This document shows positions 10,117-25,000 of a DNA stretch of 64,000 nt, in pieces. The stretch is from NCBI GenBank assembly GCA_001643675.2, contig LSRY02000012.1, forward strand, positions 372,001 to 436,000, written 5' to 3'. Below the pieces are notes generated by a model. The model had not been told where the DNA came from. It did not search any database and was given only the letters and a program-made list of their open reading frames with translations. Positions within the stretch are counted from its first letter, which is position 1. Each line of letters starts with the position of its first letter. The DNA comes from Monocercomonoides exilis PA203. Taxonomy: Eukaryota > Protista > Preaxostyla. Position numbers and translations under genes: made by a program.

Positions 10117-13100
10117 ATGACCTCTGTTACAGAAGATTTGGAAGATTTAAAGCCAGATATGAACATCAAAGATACATACACTCTTACAAAGAAAATTGGG
10201 CAAGGAGCATTTGGAGTAATATTCGAGGGTATTTATCAATCAAAAAGAGGTCCTGTACGCGTAGCATTAAAATTTGAAAGTAAAAATGCAGTTAAAAAGG
10301 TTTTAAAATTGGAGGCATTTGTACTCAAGAAACTTCAAGGTTTTTTCTTGTTTTTCAAAAATTTACTTGTCATTCAATTATTCATTGTTAGCATCAAAAT
10401 ACTTTGCAAGATTTTATAGCTTTGGATATTTTAATGATCGTCCATTTTTAGCAATGGAACTTCTCGGACAAAACCTTGGGTTTGTCTTCATATTTTTCAA
10501 TTTTTTATATTTTTTTCAAAATGACACAGAGAACTTGCAATGAGCCGACCAGAAAGGAAATTCACATACGGATGCGTTTTGCATCTTGCGTCTCAAATGC
10601 TAAGTTGCCTCCAAGTCTTGCATTCTATCCAATGGATACATCGCGACATAAAACCTGTATATATTCATATATTCTTTAAAAACTTTGATAATAATATTTT
10701 TTTTTTGTTCATTTATTTTTTAAATCGTAAAAAAGAGCAATTTCATCATTGGACGAGAAGGACGAAAATCACAACACGTGTATTTAATAGATTTTGGGCT
10801 TGCAAAACGAACACATCGAGAAGATGGAACACCTTTTCCAATGAGAAATAATGTTGGCTTCAGGGGAACTGCACGATACGCTTCAATAAATGCACACAAA
10901 ATGCGAGATCTGGGAAAAGTGGACGATTTATGGTCACTTTTCTATGTTCTTGTTGAGTTCACAAAAGGGTCGCTGCCATGGATGAGATGCAAAGACAGGA
11001 ACGAGATCGGGGTGATGAAGGAGAAGCTCCACGGGAAAAAGATTCTGGAGGATCTGCCGTCTGTCTTTCTGAAGATGTTCCAGTATTTGGAGACGCTGCG
11101 GTTCCCAGACGACCCAAACTACGAGTATCTGCTGGGGATTGTGCGGGAGGCGCAGATGGAGCGGATCAGAGAGGTGCACCAGGCAAACCAGGCATACTCC
11201 ATCTTGGCAAGCGCGTCGATGATGCAGCTGGCAACACAGGAGTCGCTGTTTCCCTCTGCCTCATCATCGTCATCGTCTTCATCTTCCTCCTCTTCCTCTT
11301 CTTCTTCGTCGACTTCTGCTTCTTCGTCTGCATCTTCGACTGCAAACACATCTTCCTCTTTGCCTTTCTCTCAAACTCTGTCGTCTTCTTTTAAACAGTC
11401 TCAGCTTCTGTCCTCGACAAAAGGCAATGCCTCTTCTGCTGTGACGTCTGCTGCGCTGATCGACGACTGCTTTTATTGGGACCCTTTCGACTGGGAAGGC
11501 AACATCTCAGCCACTGCCCGTACGCCGTCTTCCCTCAGCTCGAAAATGTACGAGCTGCACAACTCGCCCGCCGTCACCCCAAAACGCGAGACGGCTTCGT
11601 TTGATTCGCAGAAGCACGCACTTCACAGCAACCTGTGCCAGTCTGTTCCATCACGCGACATCGCTGACAGCCTTCCTGTTCCTTGTGCCCATTCATCCAC
11701 TCTGCAGCACACAGAAGCCAAAGAGGGAGCAGACAGGGCAACCGTTCCAGAGGCAGATGGAGAGACAGGAGATGCCTCAGCACAAGCAAACAGCACACAA
11801 CAAGGAATATCCACACAGCCAGTGCAAAGCGGAGGAAGTGCCCTTTCAGGTGTCAGAATGCCCCATCCTCCTTCTTTAAGCAGCCCACAGAAAATGCTCG
11901 GCACTCTTCTGCCGCTTTCCTCGCACCGCCGCACGAGTCAGCGGCATCTGCGGAAGAATGTGCCGTCGATGTGTTCCGAGCAGCCGCCCCGCAAAGAATT
12001 CAAAGTGCAGTCAATTTTGCCCTTTGACAAACTCAGCCACACGAAAAGAACAAACACTTTCGCTGCACAACAGAATTGTGATGATGTGAAGGGGAGTTTT
12101 GCATCTGGGTCGAGTTTGTGCGCTCTTTCACCGCCTTCCCTGTCAAATACATTACCTCAACCATCAAATTCCATGCCTTCCATTTCAGCTTGCTCAATTG
12201 GATCATCCACAAAGCCAACAGCGCCTGTTGCCGTCTCCACCTCGTCTGCTGCTGGTCTGTCTCATTCTCCTCCTTTTGTCTGTGCCCCGTCCAACCAGCT
12301 CAACATCCCCACTCTTTCCACCCTGCAGGCAGTGAATTCGCCCCATCCAACGTCTCCCCAGCCCTTTTCGCATTTCACTCAAAAACAGAATTCTCACTCA
12401 TCTCTGCCTTCTTCTGCTGATCCTTCTTCATCTGACAGCGTGTTCTCACCGCATCGCCCGCTGACATCTGGAAACAACAGCCTGTTCTGTCTGCTTTCTC
12501 CTCTTCCGTCGCCTTCCTCCTCTGAAAATGGAGCAGCTCTTCATCTGTCTGCACACACAGCACAACATCATCTGAATGCACAGGAATCAGACCAGACGTC
12601 TTCAAATGAGCAGATAACAGCCTCGTCACAACCAGCCACACTCACAACGATCAACACTGTGCAAACTGAACAAACAATGCCTGTTTCTCCTTTGCATCCA
12701 TCAGCCCACCATTCTGCTGCAAACTCTGCTTTATTTTCATCTCCCTCCTCTCAGCTGCCCTCCAACCAGCATCAGATAAGCGACGTGCCAGCCACAAAGC
12801 CGACAATCGTTGAACAGCCAACAGCTTCTCTTCACTCCAACCATTCCTCTCCTGATCTGCCTACACTCCCCACACTCGCCTCTTACTCTGATTGTCCTGG
12901 TGTTACTCCTTCTCCTTTCCCAGCGTCCATTGCAAGCCCCTCTGTGCAGTCATTCCAGCTGCCCAACGACTCTTCCTTCGGATGCACCACGCAATACACA
13001 CGCGCCCTCTCCTTCGACGCCTTCCATGCACAACAAGTGCCTGTTGCCTATCTGTGTGCCAATGCTCCCTCCAAAGACGAAGCTGAAGGAGATGCTGATA

Positions 13101-16100
13101 ATGATGGAGAAGGCGAAGGTGATGAAGAGGAAGAAGACAGGACCACCTCTGACACCACAGGGAAGAGTGTGAGCTTTACCCAGACGCAGACGCTGATCAA
13201 CACAGCTGAGCAGACAGTCAGCCACGAGCTGACGCAAACAGCAGACACCAACTCGACCTCGCAGAACTTGCAGCACCCGCGTTCTCTGCCGTCTGTTCTT
13301 GATGAGCCACACCTGCTCCTCCGAAAGGGGGCAGACGATGTGTCAGCTGCAGGCGACATAAGTGAATTCCTGGAAGGTGTGCATGATGAGATGCAGACAC
13401 AGGAAGTGAGAAGGAGGAGGAAGAAAGGAGAGAGGCAGCCGCATTACTCGAGTTTGATCACTTTCCCTACACTCAGACAGACAGCTGCTCCAAGGAATAA
13501 GGAAGAGGAGCTACTGACAGCAACAGGACATGGGCAGCTTCAGATGAACATATCTCTCTTTTCACCACATTTCGCATCTCATACTTCATCTTCCTCTTCC
13601 TCTTCCTCTTCATCATCTTCTTCAACCACACTGGTATCTTCGTCCACTTTATCTGCCCAATCGCCCCAGACACCACAGATTATCCCTTCCTCCACACTCA
13701 ATTCAGCGCACACGCTTTCAGGCACAAGTGTCACCCGCACAACAATCACAGGCGACAGCGAGGGAGACAGGCACTCCACACTTTCTGGTCTGCGCAACAT
13801 GAAAGCAGCGAATCTGACAACATCGGCACTCACACCAGAAGCATCTGCAAGATCGACTGTGCAGACGACAGGAACCATCTCAACCACATCTTCTTCTTCT
13901 CCTTCCTCTTCCTCTTCCTCATCTTCTTCTTCGTCTTCTTCAACTAACATCTCAATTCCGTCAACCACTTCACCTGCTCCTTTGTCTCATGCCAAGAAGC
14001 ATCCACTAACTTCACTTCAGCTGCCTTCTCTTTCACTTCACCAGCACATCCCTCACCAAAAACACCAGCTCGTTCAGCTGCCCCCGCATTTCCGCCCGCC
14101 CCGCAAAGACGAATTCTCCGATTCCCAAATTTCTCCGTTTTCTCCGATTTCTCCGATTTCGCAGTTTTCTACGGAGACATACGCCGAATACGATGTAGCG
14201 CCCAACCAGTCATCGCGCCGGACGATCGATATGCTCACGTCCATCCCGTCGAACTGCTCGTTCACTTCGCTTTCTCCCTCAGAGGCGCTGATGTGCCCTT
14301 CCTCCACTCGCCTGTCTGTGCAGTCACTCGACTCCACCAGCAGCACACCCATCTTCATCCCAAAGGCTGTCACGCTCTCTTATCTGCCTTCTCTCGTCGC
14401 CTCTCCTCCGCTCCTGTCGCCCTCAGACACAAACAAGAACGGAATGAATGGAAAGAGCCAGTTTCACACTGAACAGCAGGTGCTGTCGAATGAACAGCTG
14501 CTCCATCTCAACAGCCACTACGCACAATATATCGACAGTCTGCGGCAGATTCGCGAGGAAAAAGGAGCATCCAAACAGAAAACGAACACTCCACTGCAGA
14601 TGTCTGAGACGGCCCAACAACAACAACAGCAGCAACAACAGCACCAGCAGAACAGACACAGAGAATCCTCACAATCCATCTCGTATGGCAGAAAAGTGCA
14701 TTCTTTGTCATTCAACCGACTTCTCCTCCACCGCTGCTCATCTGCGCCTGCTCTGCTTGAGAACATCCACAGCCCCTTTTCTGTCTTTCCTGCTGTCAGC
14801 AGAGTGTCTCTTGAGAATGCCAGCAAACAGAACAAACTGCACCTTGCCTCTCCTCAAAAGTCCTCTCTGAACAAGCTGAGTGCGCTGGCAGGGGCAGAAG
14901 GGGCAGTCGTGCTGGATGTGCGGCAGATCAGCGAAGAGACGCTGATGAAGATTGAGCTCAAGCCGTATCAGCCGAAGCAGAGGCATCTTTTGTCCAAGCT
15001 GCTCTCTCAGCCGGACAAAACCAGCAGAGCCAGCCAGATTTCGAACACAAACTATCCGAACAGCACGCCTCAGCCACACGAGACGTATTCTGCTGTCTCC
15101 AGCGAGTGCACATCCAACGCCTATCCCAATGACATCGTGCTGCCCGTCCCGCAGCTCCCTTCCTTGTCGCAGGAAGGCAGTGTCTTCCCATCCGACAGCC
15201 AGAAGTCCTCCAATCCGCAGCTGATTCCACTCTCTGTCTCCTTCATCAGCAAACAGGACGACTTCTACAAAGAGATCGAGCCTCAGCAGACAGCCAGTGA
15301 GCAGCTGCTGATTATGGACCAGTCCTCTGCCGTGTCCAGCCACTCGCCCAGTGCAGCAGAATTGAACCTCAATTCCTGGTACTCCAAGACACAGAGCAGC
15401 GACGCCCCTGCATCTTCCTCAGAACAGACAGTGGCCTCTTCAACAGCTTCCTCAAAGGGAATGAAAACAGACGAGTCTTCTTCTTCCTCTTCTCCCTCTT
15501 CCTCTTCATCTTCTTCGTGCAAGTCGCCAAATGGGCAGTTGCCAATCGAATTGTCTGACACCGTTCCTCTTTTTGCTGCTCACAAGAAAGACACAATTCA
15601 AGCCTCGTTGATAGCAGACTCAGCTCAAATCCCATCAGAACCAAACAAACAACAATTGAAAACAGGATCAGTTGAGCATTTGCCACCAGAAATGTCATTT
15701 TCTGATCATATTTCGCTTTCTCTTTCAGAGTCAGATGCAAAAATGGAGGTGCGCCAGTCAACTTCTCCTTCTCCCTCGCTCGCTTCTTCGCAGGCCTCGC
15801 AGCTCCAAAACAGCCAGCCGCAACAAAAACAGACAGGCAAGCAGCTCCATCGGCAGGAAAGCAAAAACTCCCAAACGCCCACGGGAATATCATCAGAACA
15901 TGGCTACCTCTCATCGCTGACAACTGCCTCTTCCTCCTCCAACACATCTTCACACACGCCTCTCTCTTCCCTTTCCTTGGCGCAGTCAGCTTCTGATGCT
16001 CGTTCTCCTCTTCCTCTCTCAGCAGAACAGCGACAGGCAGCAGAGGCAGCCCCGTCTCTCTCGTCTGCCTACTGCCCTCTCCAACTCCATTCGTCCTCTG

Positions 16101-16493
16101 ACCATTCTGTCTCCACTTCAAGCGATGCCATTTCATCATCTTCTGCTTCAAAGAATCTCACTTCATCATCATCATCATCTTCTTCTTCGTCGTCTTCTTC
16201 TTCATCTTCTTCCTCTTCGTCTGCTTCTTCATCCCCATCTTCTTCAGTACCTATTTCCCCTCCATCTCTGTCTCCACCTCCAACTTCTCTGTCTTCTCCA
16301 AAACAAGTCTTTTCACCAACTTCCTCCTCCTCATCTTCTGCTTCTTCTTCCTCCTCCTCCTCCTCCTCTTCTTCTTCTTCATCCTCTTCATCCTCATTCA
16401 CAGCTAACTCATCATCGAGAATGTCAACTCAACTGTCTCAGATTATTGTTCCGCAAATAACCAATCCTTCATCATCTTCTTCCTCCTCCTCCA

Positions 16494-16536
<43 letters not shown>

Positions 16537-19500
16537 TTCTTCTTCTTCTTCTTCTTCTTCTTCTTCTTCTTCTTCTTCTTCTTCTTCTTCTTCTTCGTCT
16601 TCTTTTTCTCCTCCTCTTTCGTCCTCATCCTCCTCATCCTCAGGCCATTCTCCTCCCATTCATTCGTTGATGGCAAGCTCTTGCACCCAATCCTCAGCCC
16701 GCTCCTCTCCCACAGCCTCCAAAAGTGCCTCTCATCAACCACCCATCGGAACACAGATAGCAAAAGCACCGCCTCTTCCAAAGGCTCCACAGTACACAAC
16801 GTCTTCCACATCCACAAATGGAATGAACGCTGCAAAAGACTCACTCAGCTCGTCGATGCTATCGTCTTCTGCCTTGTCGTTCTCTGGCTGCGCCTCTTCG
16901 TTCTCTTCTGCGTCTTCCTCGACTTCCCTGCTGAATTCCCAGTCCATCGCCCAAAGATCAGTCTTGGCTTCTCTTTCTCCACTGATCGACACCTCAACCT
17001 CTCATTCTGCAGTGCCAACGTCGCCGCTCTCTCTCTCCAACAATCTGTCTGACCATCTGCCCCATCAGTCTGTTCCCTCGCGCATCGCATCCCAAACAAT
17101 GTCTCATGCCTCGTCTGTCTCCTTCACCCTTTCCAACACAGAATGCACGGACTCACCGTCTCCTTCACAGAAGATGTCTGGTGTCAGACCGCACTCTGAC
17201 TTCCAGAGCGACGCTCAGTTGGACAAAGCATGGACACCACAGCCAGCCAGTCGCTCGTCACTTGTGTCTATTGAACCACCCCCGTTTGGCCTGTCAACAT
17301 CGCTGATGAATGCACCGGACACATCGCAGCTGGACAAAGACTGCTCTGCAACACACCTAACAACATCAGCCACATTCACTGGGAGAGAAGACAACACCAC
17401 TCGCACTTCTACCATCTCCTTCATCCACACACTCGAGTCATCTGCCGAGCGCTCAGCAGCCCCTCCTCTTCGATCTGAGGAATCTCATCTTCCTTCGCTT
17501 TCTGCTCGGTCCAGCTCAGCCCCGCAGACTGCCTCTGCTCGGATGGGTGCATCCACCGCAACCACACCGCTGTGTTCTGAGCTGACGTCTCCATCTTCAT
17601 CCACTGCACATCCCATTCAGTTTCCTCTGTCTGAAAGGAAGATGCTTCCACATGATGCTACATTTGCAACATCTCCAATGCATCCATCGCATCAGAGTGT
17701 GTCTGCAACTAATTCTCCGTTGTCTCCGCATTTGTTCACCCCAACAACAACAGTTGCTTCTCTGACACCGCGACAGCTGAATTCTCTCCTCAAACTGTCA
17801 ATCGGCGAGCTTTTGTCAACCTCCCCTGAGATTTTGGCGCAGGTCATCCAATATGCCAGAGATGCTGTTATTTTGCCTTCCAATCGCTCTGATCCAAACA
17901 GCAACGAGTCACAAAAGCGAAACAATACTGTTCCTTTGTTCCATCCACTCCCAGTGAACGAAGCACTGAAGGCGCATCCTTCACTTCTTGCACAGACACA
18001 AGATGGAGTCGAACCAGATCGTATCGGCTTTCCGCAAAGCATCAACCTCCACTTGCCAATTGAATCATCTTCACCGGTGGAGCAGCCAATCAGCCCTTAC
18101 TTGCACTCTCCGCTTTCACCAGACAACGGCAACTCTCCAAAACTTCCGCATCTTCAGTCATCGCAGTCATTCTCCACACTCCAGCTGATCCAGCCGCTGT
18201 CTCCAGAATACTCTCAGCACTCAGTCTCAATGCAGCGGCTGCCTCGCCTCAGGAAGCGCAGTCGCAAAGCCACTCAGTCTGCTGACGCGCTGACCCCAAT
18301 TCGTCCCTCCACGTCTCCGCGAAATGGGGCAGGAGGACGAAGCCCTGGGAGAGCAAAGCACAACGTTGCGGATGACGCATTCATTCAGAACGGGAAGGTT
18401 GGCACACGAATGGGGAATAAGCTTGTGCTGGGAGATGTTGGTGAGCAGATGCAGAATGGCAATGCTGAACAGAAGCCAAGTCGATACGACTCGTTTTCAC
18501 CACAGCAGCTGATGAAGCAGAGCCCATCCAACGTAGACAGCATCACAATCTCCCGCTCTGTACACTCTCCACCTGTTACATCTCCAACGGGAACACTCGA
18601 TTTTCATCGCTATTCCTCTTTCTCTCTCACAATGGCATCCACAGCACTTTCTTCGTTTTCTCCATCTCCTCTCTCAGGAAACCCCACACCCCGCAAAGAT
18701 GTGAAGAATCCCCAGCAAGCGATGGCTTCAACACCATCATTATCTGAACAATCATCGCTGCTCCAACCACATGCCAGTTCATGTGCGTCGAATGAGGAGG
18801 AGCCATCAGACAAAGATACGCCCATTGCTAGCTCCTCCTCCACATCTGATCCAGTCTGGTCTGCAGGCGACAGCATTTCGCCTTTTGCAGTGCGGTCAAT
18901 GAATCATTCAGCCAGTTTGCCTTCAATCTGTCCAGTTACAAAGGCAAAGCACGTTGCATTACAGCCAGAATTTGCTTCAGTTGGACTTGAGACAAAGGCT
19001 CGATATCTCAAAGGAGTTGAGTCTGTTCCCCACGCAATTTATGCAATCAGTTCGCAGAACTCTTCGCCTTGTCTGATAAAAGACAGCAACAACAATAATG
19101 ACAAAGCTCAACAAAGCGACCAGCCGAACTGCACAAATGAGTGTCTTCAGTTTGACAGCCTCTTTCCTCAGCCAATGCTGCCTTTGCGTTTGGAATCCGG
19201 CAATCTGAATAACTCCTCTCCTCCACCCTCTTCTCAATCAAAGCAGAGATGTCAAAAATGCAAAGAGATTCTTTTGTCAGATGACGATGCTGAGATGAGC
19301 AATGTATTACTTTGCAAGCACTCATACCCACTTGCCACTCCTTTGAGAGCAGATAAAAGCAATCGAAAGCAAGGAAATGAAGAGGAAGAAGGAGAAGGAG
19401 TATATTTCCAAAGCGATCAAGCAAATGGCAATGGAATGCACATATTCAGTAATGGTCATCCTGCTCATAATGATTCGGCTAATATCCAGACTGTTCATAA

Positions 19501-21202
19501 TTCGAATTCGACAGAAACAGGTGAAATTTTGAGAGAAAGCCAGCCTTACAGCAGTCACAATGACCATTTGACAAACAATGCTGATAACGCACCAATGAAA
19601 GCTAGAAATGAAAGCGGTAGTAATCTGATGTCAGTGCAACTCCAGCAAATAGAAGAAGATCCAGCTACTGAGGCAAACAGTCTGGATTCTGCGAAGCTTT
19701 CGAAAGAGAAAGACAAACGATCCAGCGTGTTCTCTCGGATGTTTACGAGGCTGAAAACAAAAATGATGTCTTCGCCAAAAATTGAAATTGTTTCAAAGGA
19801 AGCTGCAGCATTGCCCAAAACAAGCGACGATGAAACAGCGACAAACACATTGAGAACTGGAATATCCGCACCTTCCTCGTTGGCTCATCTTTCTTCTGCT
19901 CATTCTGCCGAGAAGATCCATCAAAACATTGCTGCAGCATCTCCATATTCAACTGAAAATCTTCAAGGAATACACAACAACAGCGGTAACTTTCAAAGCG
20001 AAATTGAAAACAACGAAAAACATTCTTCTCTATCTCGCTTTGATACAACGGCAAAAACACTAATTTCGACAGAAAGCAATCAATCAATTCCAAATGCAGG
20101 TGAATTACAAAGTCATCATCAGAAGCATTCTCCAATGAGCAGCATGGTATTTGCGTCAAACTCCTCCACAAGCAGTCTTATATCCAATGAGCCAACATGC
20201 TTCGCATCAGCATCAGCCACAGCGATTGTCACTTCTTCTGACTCTGCGCTTCTTCTGCCAATTCAACCGCCAAAACCCCGTCCGAAGCTCAATATCCATG
20301 CACTGTGCATCGAACCTCCCTGTATTTCATCTTCGCCTTCCCATTCGATTCGAGGGCTGTCTTTGTCAACTCCCTTCTCATCTGGCTCGTCTTCTGGTTC
20401 TTCGTCGCTTTCATCGGCAAACTCCTTCTCTTCTGAAAGCTCCCACACAACAAACAACGACAGCGCACAGGCTGCGCAGAATCAAGACACAAATCAGACA
20501 GAATATACAGCTCGCACATTGCAGTCATCTTGCCCCTCGTCGCATCACACATTGCGCGAACTTTCAGGCTATCACTCTTCCTCTTGTGCTTCTTCTTCCT
20601 CTCAGCATTTGGTTCCTGTGAAATCAAATGCGGCTCAGCTGGATGTCGGAACGCTGATCCCTTCCACTCCTTCTTCCTTTTCAAATGCCTCCTCTGCTTC
20701 TTCTCGCTCGAACCCCCATCAGCCCAATCAGAGTCCCGTTCTTCCTCAGAAATCTGTTTCTCCACCAAAAGTGATTATGCCAATGAAGAACGAACCACTT
20801 TCTTCAGCTGCTATGCAACCTCCAATGGTGCCTTTTCCTGATTCATATCAGCCGCTCCATCTTCGGAACCATCTTTCTCGCTATCCATCTCCTACTCCTC
20901 TCTCTCCTTCCAGCTACTCCTCCTCTCATATGGAGAACTGCTCTGATGGCGAAGGCTCGACCACTCCTTCCCAGTCAACAGGCTTGTCTCATTCCACATC
21001 TTCAGATTCATCAACACACCCTCTCAATGTGAAGTCTTCAAGCTTAACTCTTCTGCAAAAATTCTCTACTACTTCTCCACTCTCTCATTCTATCTATCAT
21101 TCATTGCAGCAGCAATCAATTCCGCTCTCCATTTCATCTCCACCTCTCCCTTCCTCAATTGGATGTTCGACTTCTACTCATGTGCTTGTCAAAGGAAAAT
21201 AA
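10117..21202 (+). CDS. TTBK: Casein kinase 1 family, tau-tubulin kinase (TTBK)-like, with a Ser/Pro-rich tail of over 3000 aa
   Basis: Introns 10340-10391, 10480-10529, 10657-10735. Motifs IGQGAFG, VALKFE, HRDIKPSNF, DFGLAK, GFRGTARYASINAH, DDLWSLFY, LPW. The last exon 10736-21202 is uninterrupted. Confidence 0.93.
16495..16602 (+). repeat. Compound trinucleotide microsatellite (TCA)n(TCT)n encoding poly-Ser in the TTBK tail
   Basis: Pure TCA run followed by a pure TCT run in the sequence. Confidence 0.95.
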
Positions 21203-22076
21203 GATGCACACAAAATAGAAAACATCAAAAGAGAAAATGCAACTTGAGTTCACGAATACGTGATGATGAAAGTATTGCCATTTCACAAAGGTACTTGGAG
21301 GTCAACTCTTAACGCGCAAAGAACAATGTTGAATAATTTTGTTGTTAATAATAAAATAGAGATTTATTATTATGATTATTATTCTTTTGGTCTTATGTAT
21401 TCATTATTAAATTTTAATTTTTGTTTTTGTTTTTTGTGTAGCTATTTTATGTGGTTTATTTATGCAGACCTTAACAATTTGAAAATCTTTTAACCAATAA
21501 TTTTTTATAAGCATATTGGTAGCTTAGGGGAGAAATGACTTGTCTCATTTGCAACATTAATGCTTAACTTTTTGTTTGATTATTTTTTCATGATTTTTAT
21601 TTTCTGTATTGATTAGCATTTGTATTTTGTTTGTGTATGTTTTGAATATAGAATTTATAAAAGCTTCATTTTCGTTTAAAGTCGATTTATTGGATTGTCA
21701 TTAAACATTAACCCCATTTTGAGTTTTATACCAAATTTTGTTAAGAAGATAAAAAAAATAAAAGAACTGAATCTGTATTTCTTTAATCTTTCTTTAATGT
21801 TCGCCTTTTAAAAATGGATTACATATTTTTTTTAATGTTAAAATCATGGCAATATTTGTATAAATTTTCTTTTCAACTAAATACAATATCAGTAATAAAT
21901 ATTCTCAAAAGAAAGAAAGGGGGAAAAAAGCTGCATTAAAAAAAACAGTTTCCGGATTATGCAAAAAAAAAAAATTAATGTTTTTATCGCACCAACATCA
22001 AAATTTTCGTTTCTGTTAATTGGAGATTCATTTACCATTATAATTCCTTCTGTCTATATCCCCATATTATTTTAAA

Positions 22077-25000
22077 ATGAATGTGGATAATTTTTCTGTT
22101 TGGTTTTTAATCTTGGTCATTAACATTTGCATCCAATCATACCAACCATGCACGAGTTGTGGAAACACTGCTCAAAATCGCGAACAGATACCAAATCATA
22201 TTAACATGAATGAAATCAAACAAAAAACAGAAACTTCTTCTTCCCAGCTTCATTTATTCTTTCATCACCATCACATATCAAGTGACACAACAAATGAATC
22301 ACCAAGTCCATTTCAAGCTTCCAGAAGTGCCTGTTCACTTCCAGAAGAAGATATCAAAAAACACGCTTTTGATCGCAATTCTTATGAAAATGATTTCTCT
22401 TCCAAAGATAAACAATCTGCAAAACATTCACACATTCCAAACAATCAGCAATTCATGATGGCTGCTTCTTTCTTTTTGACGAACTCAACTTTCACAATCT
22501 GCAACTGCAAAAAACTGCAATCAAAAAACAATGCATCCTTGATCATCGCTGACAATTCAAGAGTCGAATTGGTTGCTTGCAGCATAAATATTCTGTCTTT
22601 CAGCAAAGTTGCTCCTCTTCACATTCGTGGTGGGCTGATTGTTGCACGGAATATTTCATTCATTCAAGAAATGGATGCCTCTTTGATTCCTTCTTTGACC
22701 ACTTCACCAGATCATGCAAGACAATTAAAAGCAAGCTTATTGATGTTGGAGAGCTCATTCAACTCAATCTGTGTCTCTTCCCCTCCTTTCATTGGAAATG
22801 GGTTCTTTGAAGATGTTGACATTTCAATGTGCACATTTCTGAATGTTTCCTCTCATTTACCATGCTCTGCAAAACACACCAGCAATCACAATCAAATGGG
22901 TGGAATGGCTAATTGCTTTGTCAGTGATTGCACATCACCACTTTATGAAACCATAATATGCGCTTCTTTTGGAAAAGGCTTCTTCTCATCCAATACAACC
23001 TTCATTCGCGCTGATAACACACTCTCAAACAGAAATTACACAAGTAATGCAGGATCATTTTCTGAAGGTGAAATCGAGTTCACCAATTGCAATTTCACTG
23101 GTTGCACTGCGCAGCATGGCGGAGCAATTAGTGTAAGTGAGTTATGCTCTCTTATAATCGAAGCTTGCTCTTTTTTTGAATGTTACAGCACACATACTGA
23201 AGACCATGGATTTGGTGGAGCAGTCTTCTGCAACGGATCAAGTTGTGAAATAGTTTCATCAACCTTTATAAAATGTCAAGGATCTGGAAGAGTTTCTGTT
23301 GGAGGAGCTTATGGGCATATTGCAACTGGATCTGCTTTTATCAGAGAGAATAAATTCAATAATTGCTCAGCTTCATATGGTGGAGCTGTTGCATGGTACC
23401 TTGGTGGAAGTGGCTCGATTTATGATTGTGAGTTCATAAACAATAAAGCAATGCGCAATCGTTTTGCAGGAACAGTGTTTTATCGATACAACAAGCAAAA
23501 TATTGAAATATCGAATTGCTCAATATCTGGGGGTTCTGCTCCCTTAGGAGCAGGAGGCCTGGACATTTCTGACAATGATCATAATACATCTCTGCTCATT
23601 CAATTTTGTCTGTTTGAGAACAATACTGTGCAGAAGGAGACACATGCAGCAGATATATATCTCGGAAAAGGATACGATGCTGATACTGCTGTGAACGAAA
23701 TAAAACACTGCTTCACACTTTCCAATGCACCAAGGCACGTCGTAATCTGTGCCAGATATGCAGAAGAATGCGGAGATAGTGGCGTAGCCCATGATGACTG
23801 GCTGCCATCTCCTCCCTCAGTAATACACATCAGCAAAGATGGAAGTGATATCAACACATGTGGGAATATTGGATCTGAATGCAAAACTGTGGAATATGGA
23901 GTGACAAGGTGGAGATCTCAGTTGAATCAAAGCATATTGCTATTCAGTGAAAACTACATTGAAAACAACATAGAGATCGAATCGAAACACATTGAAATCA
24001 TTGGGGTTTCTGTTAACGAATCAAAAGTTATGTTCCTTGCCAACTCAACAACTGTGGACTTGTTTTATGTTGCAAACGGCTTTTTGAAAGTTGATAGCAC
24101 TTCTTTTGTGTGTGTTTTTAACAGGACAGCAATACATGTTGTGTCTCCTGGAACATTGCAGCTGGAATTGTGTGCATTCACAAAAGATCTCTCTTCAAAT
24201 CTTCCTTCAACACAATCGCTTCTCCAAGTCGATGAAGGAGAGCTGAATATGACATCAGTGAAGATATCTGGTTTTGCATTTGCTCAAGGCTGTGCTGTTG
24301 CAATTAACGACTGCAAGATGGCCACTCTTGTGAATGCATCATTCTCCAACATTGTGAGCAACCAGAACGGAGGATGCATGAGTGTTGTTTGCAGTGAAGC
24401 ACTTGAGGAATCATCCAGCATTTCATTTGATACTTGCGAATTTGACGCTTGTTGCACTCAAGGAGATGATACAGGAGGCGGAGGGCTGTTCATCTGTTTC
24501 AGCACAGGATTTAGTTGCACTGTGGTTGACACAAGATTCGATCATTGCACTGCAGCTTTTGAAGAAGGAAAGAGCGGGAAAGGAGGGGGATTGATGATGG
24601 ATCTGAGAGATGAAAACTCAATCTTCAATATCTCAGGCGCACAATTCACTTCTTCGAACAATGCTGCCTTCGGCAAGAATGCCTTTGTCCACTCTCCCAA
24701 CTTGAATGCAAGCATCCTTTTGCCTCGTTTTGGGTTTTGGCAGGAATCTGACTCTCCGCAGTTGCTGATGGGCTCAGACAAGAGGGTTCCAAATACAATT
24801 ATCCCCTTGGAAATATTCCTCAAAACTCGCGGTGATTTTGTTTTTGTGTCTTCGACAGGAAGTGACAACGTTTGCTGCGGACATCCATTGTACCCATGCA
24901 AAACACTTTCATATTCGTTTGATGTTCAGGCTTCAGTGAAGAAGAAGATCAAAATCTCACAAAAAATAGAATTGAAAGAGAAGCTTGCGCTCAATGAAGT

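Noticed and set aside
10934-20841. Many 60-260 aa antisense or alternate-frame ORFs (poly-E/D/K/M/L) inside TTBK, also inside SNF1, the Rim15-like kinase and Dsk2
   Set aside because: Shadows of TCN-rich poly-Ser and GGM coding repeats, which are stop-poor in other frames; no domain motifs.
21260-21340. GTGATGA box-C-like motif downstream of TTBK (snoRNA candidate)
   Set aside because: No suitably placed CTGA box D or terminal stem.
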